Positions 52,222-62,199 of a stretch of DNA of 64,000 nt are shown here, piece after piece. A model generated the notes under the pieces. The model searched no databases and was not told the origin of the DNA. It saw nothing but the letters and a program-made list of their open reading frames with translations. The stretch is from NCBI RefSeq assembly GCF_035594765.1, contig NW_026943825.1:16980590-17044589 (forward strand), in the 5' to 3' direction. A program made the position numbers and the translations under genes. Position 1 is the first letter of the stretch, and each line of letters starts with the position of its first letter. The DNA comes from Anolis carolinensis (taxonomy: Eukaryota).

Positions 52222-52700
52222 TTTTAGATGACAATGGAGTGCGCATGCGTCGAGCAGCTCCCTGCTTTCCCGCCCAAATTGGCGAAGCCCTCTCTGAGCC
52301 TGTGACGTGCGGGAGAATCGTCCAATCGGGCGGCGGCAGAGGGAGGGAGGAGGGGTGGGACCAAGGCCGAAAAGGCGGCCGTGGTGGAGGCGCCTCAGCC
52401 GTGTGAATTTACCTCAGGAAACGGGGCCTCGTTTGGCGCCCAGGCGTTTCCTTTCCCTCCGAGAGAGAGAGAGAGAGAGAGAGAAGGGCGCCTGGCCTGG
52501 CAGCCGTGGTTCAGGCCGGGCTGGGAAGGAGGGAAGAGCCGGCCCGGGTCCCCTCAGCCGTGGCTGGAAGGAAGGAAGGCCCCGAGGAGACAGGCCGGGA
52601 AGGGCGGGCGGGCTCTCTCTCTCTCTCTCTCTCTCTCTCCTCCCGCCACCCAGAGCCGGAGAGAGAGGTGAATCAGGGCCCGTGCTGTGGCCTCGCCTGG
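52222..52700 (+). promoter_or_regulatory. Single diverged copy of the 176-bp module followed by a GC/CpG-rich segment
   Basis: TTTTAGATGACAATGGAGTGCGCATGCGTCGAGCAGCTCC...TGTGACGTGCGGGAGAATCGTCCAATCGGG, matching the array unit. Confidence 0.7.
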
Positions 52701-53708
52701 TTCAGCCTCCTTTCTTGGGGATGAATCTGGAAAGAGTTGAAAGAGGAGAGAGACGCCTTTCCTTTGGGGAGTCACTTTTACCTCAGGAAAGGCTTTTCTT
52801 CCCGTCCAGAGGACCCTCTCTCTCCCACTCGATTTTAGGTTGGTTTCCTTGTTGTTTTGGGGGTTCTTTCATTACCTCAGGAATCCCCTCAAAAGTGAAA
52901 TACAAAGAGGAAAGGCCTGTTTTATTATATTACTCTGGTCTTAAATTTTCAAAAACGGCCTCAAATAGCACCAGGTCTTTCTCCAGATAAAGGTGGATAA
53001 AGGCTTTGTGAAACAGAAAGAAGGAAACTATTTCATTGATTAAGACTTCCATGAGGTTTTGCCTCCGAAATCACCTCGTCACAAAGCCTTTCTCTAGTAA
53101 GAGAGAAGATACAGTTGGGAAAAATGTTCACTGAAATATTTACAAAATCATTAAAATATTGACAAACATAATCATAAAAAATATTTGCAGAAATATTTGC
53201 CCAAAATAAGCAAAGTATTTGGGGAAAAATATTCATAAAATATTCACAAACGTATTCAGAAAAAAACAATCATGGAAACATTCACAAACATTGAAATAAA
53301 ATATTCACCCAAAAAATCATACAAATATTTGTGGAAACATTTGCCAAAAATAAGCAAAATATTCAGAAAAAATATTCACAAATACAGTAGAGTCTCACTT
53401 ATCCAACACTCGCTTATCCAACGTTCTGGATTATCCAACGCATTTTTGTAGTCAACGTTTTCAATAAATCCTGATATTTAGGTGCTAAATTCGTAAATAC
53501 AGTAATTACTACATAGTATTACTGCATATTGAACGACTTTTTCTGTCAAATTTGTTGTATAACATAATGTTTTGGTGCTTAATTTGTAAAATCATAAACT
53601 AATTTAATGTTGAATAGGCTTTTCCTTAATCTCTCCTTATTATCCAACATATTCGCTTATCCAACGTTCTGTCGGCCCGTTTACGTTGGATAAGCGGGAC
53701 TCTACTGT

Positions 53709-54186
53709 AATACCTGCTTTATTGATGAATAGTTTATTATTCTATCACCTCAAAAATTACAAAACTTTTGTCCAGAGAAAGACAAAGAACAACATTTTTG
53801 GAAATTTACACCATTTGATTTATTTCCAGCCTTAAGACCCATAAAGGGCCATAAAGAGCCAGGTGGCTTTACTCTGAGCAATAAATTTTACCTCAGAATA
53901 TGTTTTTTCTGTCATCTGGATAACTTCTTTTCACTTTATTCATGTATATTTCCTTATTATTTCAGAATTTTCTTTATCGAACCTTTACCTCAGAAAAGCC
54001 TTGTGAAATAGAAAGAAGAAAATGCCAATTTTATTTATTAAGAGATTGTCATCTCAGACTTTACCTCAGAAATGGCCAAGCCTTGTGAAACGGAAGGGAA
54101 AAACAAAGGCAAAACTTTTGAAAATTAGCACAGCTTTTTCTGAAGGGACCAGGTGAATATTGTTGCATTTTATTTATTATAATCTG
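53709..54186 (+). repeat. ~480-bp direct duplication of 50403-50879
   Basis: Colinear high identity from AATACCTGCTTT to TTATTATAATCTG; the same chimeric Penelope junction follows both copies (51196-51262 vs 54200-54266). Confidence 0.92.
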
Positions 54187-54753
54187 AAATAATAATTGGT
54201 TTCCAGAAGCATTCTCTCCTGACGTTTCGCCCACATCTATGGCAGGAAACCATAGATTGCTGGTGAAGTTTTTATATATCTTCGAAATGTCCAGGGTGGG
54301 AGAAAGAACTCTTGTCTGTTGGAGGCCGATGTGAATGCTGCTATTGGCCACCTTGATTAGCATTGAATGGCCTGCAGTTTCAAGGCCTGGCTGCTTCCTG
54401 CCTGGGGGAATCCTGTGTTTGGAGGTGTTAGCTGGCCCTGCTTTTTGAGGTGGCAGCCCAGAAACTCACAACAACCCAGTGATTCCGGCCATGAAAGCCT
54501 TTGACAACACATGGCAACATTTTTGAAAATTCACACAGCTTTCCAGAGGAAATGAGTAGAATAATAATGGCATTTTTTTTACCAATCTGATTTATTTCCA
54601 GCCTTAAGACCCATAACATGCTATGCTGAAAATTATATATATATATATACACAAAAGGTCGAAGAGACAGAAGACAGAAGATGCTCGAAGACACTCTCGC
54701 AAGGACACCGCCCGCCCCCCCAAAAAGGTCATTGTCAGGGTAATGGGTGTCAG

Positions 54754-55510
54754 GCTAGGCATTTAATGTCTATCTTTGCAATAAAAAACAGGCTACCTGT
54801 GTGCTAGGCTTTTGCATGAAGAACACGGTTCCCCTCGTGTGTGGCATCGAAGTTTCCCACTCGGGAACGGACGGGTCCTCCCTTTGTTCTAGGCAGATGA
54901 TGGGGGTTTTCCTATACAAGCCGTAGGGGCCACAGCTTGGGGGGCAGCGGGGGGCCCGGCCCTGGCACCGCGGGGAGCAGCACACGTTACGGGCATTTTA
55001 AAAGCTCCCTTAAACTTAGACAGTGGCTAGAAATAAAAATATTAATACCTTAACTCACCTACTAACCCTACTAACACCATTCTAACTAGGGCAGCCTGGC
55101 CTTTTAAATAGGACTGTGTTTTGCCTGCTGGCAAGAACCAAGCTGGGAGGGAAGGGGGCCTCCTGGCCCCCCATAGAAGGGCTCCCCTAGAAGGACATTC
55201 AAAATGCCCGCAAGGTGTCCTGAGAGCAGCCCCTGGGGCCCTCAGTGTGCCCCCCACGGTGCCAGGGCTGGGCCCCCCGCTCTCCCCCAACCCATGACCC
55301 CTGCCGCCTGTATATCGTCCGCCCAGGGCCAACGGACGCCCCCTCCCTCCCCGGGCGGAGCTTCGGCGCCACACACAAGCGGAGGCCAGCCGTGGCCGCC
55401 AGAACATGGAGAACCTGGTTTTTGACTGCAAACATAGGCATGTAGGGACCCCCTTTTATTTATGTAAGGCCACCCACCCAGGGGACCTCTGTTCCTAATT
55501 AAAGCCTGGT
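54754..55510. other. Imperfect foldback element, copy 1 (arms ~54754-55008 and ~55191-55510)
   Basis: CGGGCATTTTAAAA vs TTCAAAATGCCCG; GGGGGCCCGGCCCTGGCACCGCGGGG vs CCCCACGGTGCCAGGGCTGGGCCCCC; GTGTGTGGCATCGAAG vs CTTCGGCGCCACACAC. Confidence 0.8.
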
Positions 55511-55562
55511 TAAAGGGGATCCTCTATTCTTAAAGTAAGGCCTATAGAGATCTCCTATCCAG

Positions 55563-56255
55563 AAACTAAGGCGGCCTGGCCTATAAAGATCCCCTTTTGT
55601 TAAACTAAGGTGGCCTGGCCTATAGAGATCTCTTGTTGTTAAACTAAGGTGGCCTGGCCTATAGAGATCTCCTTTTGTTAAACTAAGGTGGCCTGGCCTA
55701 TAGAGATCTCTTGTTGTTAAACTAAGGTGGCCTGGCCTATAGAGATCTCCTTTTGTTAAACTAAGGTGGCCTGGCCTATAGAGATCTCTTGTTGTTAAAC
55801 TAAGGTGGCCTGGCCTATAGAGATCTCCTTTTGTTAAACTAAGGTGGCCTGGCCTATAGAGATCTCTTGTTGTTAAACTAAGGTGGCCTGGCCTATAGAG
55901 ATCTCCTTTTGTTAAACTAAAGTGGCCTGGCCTATAGGGATCTCCTTTTGTTAAACTAAGGTGGCCTGGCCTATAGGGATCTCCTTTTGTTAAACTAAGG
56001 TGGCCTGGCCTATAGGGATCTCCTTTTGTTAAACTAAGCTGCCCTGGCCTATAGAGATCTCCTATTCTTTAAGGTAACGCCAGGCGATGTGGAGATCCCT
56101 GGTTCTTTTAACCCTTAAGGCCAACCGTGGGGAGATCCCTGGTTCTTTTAACCCTTAAGGCCAACCGTGGGGAGATCCCTGGTTCTTTTAACCCTTAAGG
56201 CCAACCGTGGGGAGATCCCTGGTTCTTTTAACCCTTAAGGCCTGCCTGGGGAGAT
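55563..56255 (+). repeat. 39-bp tandem repeat (~13 copies) followed by a 40-bp repeat (~4 copies)
   Basis: AAACTAAGGTGGCCTGGCCTATAGAGATCTCCTTTTGTT, then GGAGATCCCTGGTTCTTTTAACCCTTAAGGCCAACCGTGG from 56091. Confidence 0.95.
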
Positions 56256-58223
56256 ATATTCTTTTTTCATGAAAAGTCGGGTATAGACCTTCTCTTTTCT
56301 CTCCCGTTTCATGTGCCTGGACTCCCGGAGGGCTCCTGCCGGACACCGTCTCCCATCGGCCGAGAGGGATCCTTCCTGTTTGGAAAGCATCTGCTACACA
56401 GGTAAAAAGAAGATTCCGGGAAGGAGATTCCTACAGCGGAGCCCTAAAGCCAGGTGAGACGTTCCTTCCAACCTCCACGGCTGCTTTGCACACACACACA
56501 TGACACACACATGACACACACACACACGCATATACAGCTGGGGGCCCTCAGGGACTCTCCCCCCAATAGATCGGGGACTCCCACTCCGGCAATTGGCCAT
56601 TGTAAATGCCTTGAAGCAGTTTGGGGCTTCCGGCCAAGCGCTCGCAAAGAGAACCCATTCAAGGTATACGTGGAGCCCCTTTTATTTATTATTTATTGAC
56701 AGCATTTCTATTCCGCCCTTCTTTCTCACCCCAAAGGGGACTCAGGGCGGATCACATGACACATATAGGCAAACATTCAGTGCCTTTTAACATAGAACAA
56801 AGACAAACAAACATAAGCTCCGAGCGGGTCTCGAACTCATGACCTCCTGGTCAGAGTGATTCATTGCAGTTATAATTGCAGCTGGCTTGCTCTCCCGCCT
56901 GCGCCACAGCCCGGGCCAACCTTGATAAAAAGGGCCTGGCACGTGGAAAACTCTATTTGTAAGGCAAACCCTCGTTAAAGGAGGTTTGCAATTAATTTAA
57001 AACCAGGCTTCTGAGGGACCCGCTGCGTTTAAAGCCAAACCTAGCAGGTGGGAACCTCTCTTGTTGGATAAAGGAGATCCCCTCTGGTTAACGTAAGGGG
57101 AGGGACCCTCCATTTTTAATAGGATGCCTGGCAGAATCTTAACCTCAATGCAGGCCTATGGGGTCCAGCCTTATTCTCAATGACTGCATAGCCAGGCATG
57201 AAGGGATCCCATATTATTAATTTGAAGCCTGGTAAAAAGAGATTTATGTATTTATTTATTTACTACATTTATACCCCGCCCTCTTTTCCCTTAAAGGGGA
57301 CTCAGAGCGGCTTACAAGTTATATTTACATACACTATCTCATTAGCATAGCACAATATTAGCATTATATATTACTACATTGCACTATACCACTATATAGA
57401 AATATTGTTACCAATATTACATTTAAAATATAATATGTAATTAATATTATTGTATCATTGTTAGTATTATATTGCTTTATTTATTTATTTATTTATTAGA
57501 TTTATATGCTGCCCTTCTCACCCCGAAGGGGACTCAGAACGGCTTAAAAATTAAATTTACATACAATATTATATTATTAGCATAGTACAATACTGGCAAT
57601 AAATTACTATATTGTACTATATCAATATATGGTAGTATTATTAGTAATATTACATGCAAAACATAATATATAATTAATATTATTATATTGTATTATTAGT
57701 ATATCGTATTACAATATAATATTATGAATATATGTATATACAATATGTTGTAATTATTATATATTAAATTATATATATATACACACACAGTAGAGTCTCA
57801 TTTATCCAACATAAACGGGCCAGCAGAATGTTGGATAAGCGAATATGTTGGATAATAAGGAGGGATTAAGGAAAAGCCTATTAAACATCAAATTAGTTTA
57901 TGATTTTACAAATTAAGCACCAAATCATCATGTTATACAACAAATTTGACAGAAAAAGTAGTTCAATATGCAGTAATGCTATGTAGTAATTACTGTATTT
58001 ATGAATTTAGTACCAAAATATCATGATGTCTTGAAAACATTGTCTACAAAAATGCGTTGGATAATCCAGAATGTTGGATAAGTGAGACTCTACTGTATAT
58101 AAAAATTAGAATAGCATGTTATTAGGGGAGGAGCATCTTAATTATTAGATGTCAGTATTAGTCATTAGATGTTAATATTAGTTATTCATATTAGTATCAA
58201 TATTACATTAATATACAATAAAG

Positions 58224-58300
58224 CAGGGGTCCCCAAACTAAGGCCCGTGTGCGGGATGCGGCCCATCGAAGCCATTTATCCGGCCCCCACAGCACAACCC

Positions 58301-58354
<54 letters not shown>

Positions 58355-58459
58355 GCATTGAGGCTGGGTGGCCATCTGTCAGGGGTGCTTTGCTTGTGCT
58401 TTCGGTGCACAAAGGCAGAAAGGGATTGGACTCAATGGCCAACCCTTCCAACCCTCATA

Positions 58460-58490
<31 letters not shown>

Positions 58491-58581
58491 ATTATTGCTT
58501 GGTGGCCAACTATAGTCTGGCCCTGCAATGGTCTGAAGGATCGTGAACTGGCTCCCTGTTTAAAAGGTTTGGGGACCCCTG
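58224..58581. mobile_element. hAT-type MITE
   Basis: TIR CAGGGGTCCCCAAAC / GTTTGGGGACCCCTG; 8-bp TSD CAATAAAG / CAATAGAG. Confidence 0.8.
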
Positions 58582-58787
58582 CAATAGAGTATATTATTAT
58601 CCTAGCACAATGTTATTATGTTATATAGTAGTATGTATGTTCATATTATTTATTCATATTAGTATCAATATGACATTAATATACAATAGAGTATATTATT
58701 ATCCTAGCACAATATTAGTATGTTATATAGTAGTATGTTGTTGCTAGGGGGAGGGGCCCCCCACTGATGGAGAGGGCCCCCCCACTG

Positions 58788-59585
58788 AGATCCCCTGTCA
58801 TTAATGTTAGACCAGGCATTTAACGCCTACCTTTGCATTAAAGAGCAGGCTCCTAGGCCTTTGCATTCAAGAGCAGTGCGCTAGGCCTTTGCGCAAGGAA
58901 CACCACCCACGGCTCCCCTTGTGCGTGGCGTTGAGGCCCCACTCGGTGACGGACGGGTCCTCCCTTTGCCCTGGGCAGGTCGTGGGGGGGGGGTCTCCCT
59001 GGATGTGCAGGGGGTCACGGCTGGGGGGAGAGCGGGGGCCCGGCCTTGGCACCCCCCTGGGGACCCGAGGGGCCGCTCTCAGCCCACGTCACGGGCATTT
59101 TAAAACGTCCCCGGGATATGTAGTAGCTCAGATTAATCCCTGCACTAACCGCTAACCCTACTAACCCAGTTCTAACCCGGGCAGGCTAGGCTTTTAAATA
59201 GGACTGTTTTTGCCTGTTGGCAAGAACCTAGTGGGAGGGGGCCTCCGGGCCTCCCGTGGGAAGAAGGGCTCCGCCCCCCCCGGCCCCCCGGCCCCTGCCC
59301 TGTGCTGGGAGCCCCCCGCCCGGGCCCCCAGAGGCCTCCCTGTGGTACCGGGCTTGGCCCCCGCTCTGCCCCCATCCGACGGCATAGGAAAGCCCCCCAC
59401 CATCCGCCCAGGGCCAACGGACGGCCCTCCCTCCCAGGGGCAGCCGCATTCCTCACGCAAAGGTCTGGCGCACGGGAGCCTGTTTCTGAATGCAAACGTG
59501 GGGCCCAGGACCCCCCCCCCCTTGTCTCCGTGCAGGGCCACCCCCCCAGGGACCCCCACAAATGCCTGGTGACAGGGGATCCTCT
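58788..59585. other. Imperfect foldback element, copy 2
   Basis: Termini GATCCCCTGTCA / TGACAGGGGATC; GTGCGCTAGGCCTTTGCG vs CGCAAAGGTCTGGCGCAC. Loop and both arms are homologous to copy 1. Confidence 0.8.
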
Positions 59586-60744
59586 CCTCTTAGCAGGAGG
59601 AAAAGCCACGTGCGTAAAGCGGTGCCTTTGCTCCCGTCGTTCCCAAGAGCCCCCCAAAAGCGAGATGCTCCCCTGGGTTCAGCCCTCCTGACCCCTGTCT
59701 TCTCCCTTGTTCCATGTCTCCAAAATCCCCGAGGGAGGGGCTCCTCCTGGACAAGAGCCAAGGAAGGACGGACGGACGGACGGACGGAGATCCCAGAGAG
59801 AGAGCGGAGAGCAGGATGCCTTGCCTTTTCGGAGCTGCTGAGGTCGACCCCTTTCCAACGATGTCAGCTTTCAAGAATAAAACTCTTCCCAAAAAAGTGT
59901 GTTCTGGTTATTATTCAAAGGCACAACGTTCAATATTTGACAGCATTAAACATCTAGATTACAGGACAGTTTATGTTACTGCATTTTATACACCTGACCT
60001 TGTTTTTACAAATAAAGTACCTGTATAATTTTTGCCTCTATATATATATATTGTACTATGCTCAGACTCATTGTTCTGATATGCTGTTATATGGTTTAAT
60101 TGTTTATATTGTTTATATTTTTAATGTATGACTGTTTATTACATCTGTCATTGGGCTTGTTTCCCATGTGAGCCACCCCGAGTCCTCCTGGGGGAGATGG
60201 GAGCGGGAATATAAAAATAAAGTATTATTTTGTATTATTATTATTATTTATAGTATTTATTATATATAATTTTCTTGCACCCCAAGTACCTCTGGCAAGT
60301 GCCAAAGAGTATTTAACTCTGCCTACATGGCACTAAAGTGTATTTATATGTTGATTGTTCCTATTGATTTTATGTTATGTTTTTTTTTGCTTTGTATAAT
60401 AAGGCATTGAATTTTTGCCTTAATAATAATAATTTTATGAAAGTTTTAATGTCACTGAATTTTAAATTGGATTGAAATGTCATTGTAATTGTTTATATGT
60501 GTATTTTCTATTTGTAAGCCACCCTGAGTCTCCCCTTATTGGGTGAGAAGGTTTGGGAAGAAATACTGTCATAAATAAATAAATATTCTGTGTCCAGGTT
60601 GGTTCATGGTTGACTTCTCTGGCAGGATGAGTCTGCAGGGCCTTTCCTGTCCCATGCAGCCGTGGGCAAGTCTACACAGGGACCACCAAGCCCAGCACTC
60701 TGCCCCACAGCAAGCATGCAACAGAAAAGGCACTGCAGACACTC

Positions 60745-61480
60745 CTGCGCCTGCGCGGCCTGCTCCCGATTCGAGGGAACTTGGCCCGCCCACTACAGGC
60801 ATCCCTTTATGCGCCTGCGCGGGCTGCTCCCTATGAGAGCGAACGTGGCCCCGCCCACTGCAGGCATCCCTTTATGCGCCTGCGCGGGCTGCTCCCTATG
60901 AGAGCGAACTTGGCCCCGCCCACTGCAGGCATCCCTTTATGCGCCTGCGCGGCCTGCTCCCGATTCGAGGAAACTTGGCCCGCCCACTGCAGGCATCCCT
61001 TTATGCGCCTGTGCGGCCTGCTCCGTATGAGAGCGAACGTGGCCCCGCCCACTACAGGCATCCCTTTATGCGCCTGCGCGGCCTGCTCCGTATGAGAGCG
61101 AACTTGGCCCCGCCCACTGCAGGCATCCCTTTATGCGCCTGCGCGGCCTGCTCCGTATGAGAGCTAACTTGGCCCCGCCCACTGCAGGCATCCCTTTATG
61201 CGCCTGCGCGGCCTGCTCCCGATTCGAGGGAACTTGGCCCGCCCACTGCAGGCATCCCTTTATGCGCCTGTGCGGCCTGCTCCGTATGAGAGCGAACGTG
61301 GCCCCGCCCACTACAGGCATCCCTTTATGCGCCTGCGCGGCCTGCTCCGTATGAGAGCGAACGTGGCCCCGCCCACTACAGGCATCCCTTTATGCGCCTG
61401 CGCAGCCTGCTCCCTATGAGAGCGAACGTGGCCCCGCCCACGACAGGCATCCCTCTCCCTCCCTTCTGCGCCTGCGCGGC
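60745..61480 (+). repeat. 65-bp tandem array (~11 copies) carrying NRF1 and Sp1/KLF motifs
   Basis: GGCATCCC at 60798, 60863, 60928, 60992, 61057, 61122, 61187, 61251, 61316, 61381 and 61446; units contain TGCGCCTGCGC and (C)CCCGCCC. Confidence 0.95.
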
Positions 61481-61770
61481 CTCCTCGGCGTCACCGGAAG
61501 CTCCGTCACAGGGCGGCAAGATGGCGGCCCGGCCCGGTCAGAGGCGTTCGGGGCGGCGTTTCCACGGTGACCCGGGTCCGTCGAGGCTTCGTCGCCAAGG
61601 CCCGGGAGGAGGAGGAAGGGCGCCGGGAGCGTGGCCTTCCAAACCGAGCCGGGGTTGGGCGTGAGGCCGCGCCTGCCTCCCTTCCCTGCCCGGACGTTTG
61701 CAGGCCAAGGCGGGGAAGGAATCCCAGGCAGGAAAAGCCCCTTGGCCTGCGCGCCCTCCCTGCCTGCCGG
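61460..61770 (+). promoter_or_regulatory. CpG-island core promoter / probable first exon of a downstream gene
   Basis: CGTCA-CCGGAAG (CRE half-site plus ETS) at ~61489-61500, YY1 motif CAAGATGGCGGC at 61517, candidate donor GTGAGG at 61661. Confidence 0.6.
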
Positions 61771-62199
61771 AGTTTGGGACTCTTCCCAACCCGTAGGCTG
61801 GCTGCTAGGCATTGTGGGAGTTGGAGTCCCAAGTTCGCCCAGGCCTCTTCTTTTTTCCTGACCTTTTTTAAAAAATAATTATGTATCAAAAAAAAGTTTT
61901 CAATAAAAATGATTTAAAAAAAATAAATGGAGGTGAGCACCAACCTCCAGAGTGTGAGTAGATCAATAGGTACCGCTCCAGCGGGAAGGCAACGGCGCTC
62001 CATGCCGTCGTGCCAGTGGCCACATGACCCTGGAGGTGTCTACGGACAACGCCGGCGCTTCGGCTTAGAAATTATTTCTACTAATAGGTTTGAGAAAGTA
62101 AAAAAGTAGACCAGAAGGAAGAAGGCGGGACCAGGAAGACACCTGTCCATCATGTCTCCTGTATCAATTTCACAATAGAATAATAGAGAATACTCATAT

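Noticed and set aside
55051-55090. Interstitial telomeric repeat
   Set aside because: Only isolated CTAACCCT; no (CCCTAA)n run.
55199-55441. ORF starting MPMFAVKNQV, reminiscent of the MIF N-terminus (MPMFIVNTNV)
   Set aside because: Similarity ends after a few residues, there is no MIF exon structure, it lies in a foldback arm, and the ATG is not kept in copy 2.
61521-61664. ATG at 61521 (MAARPGQRR...) as a coding start
   Set aside because: The ATG is part of the YY1 motif and the peptide is not recognisable; left as a probable non-coding first exon.
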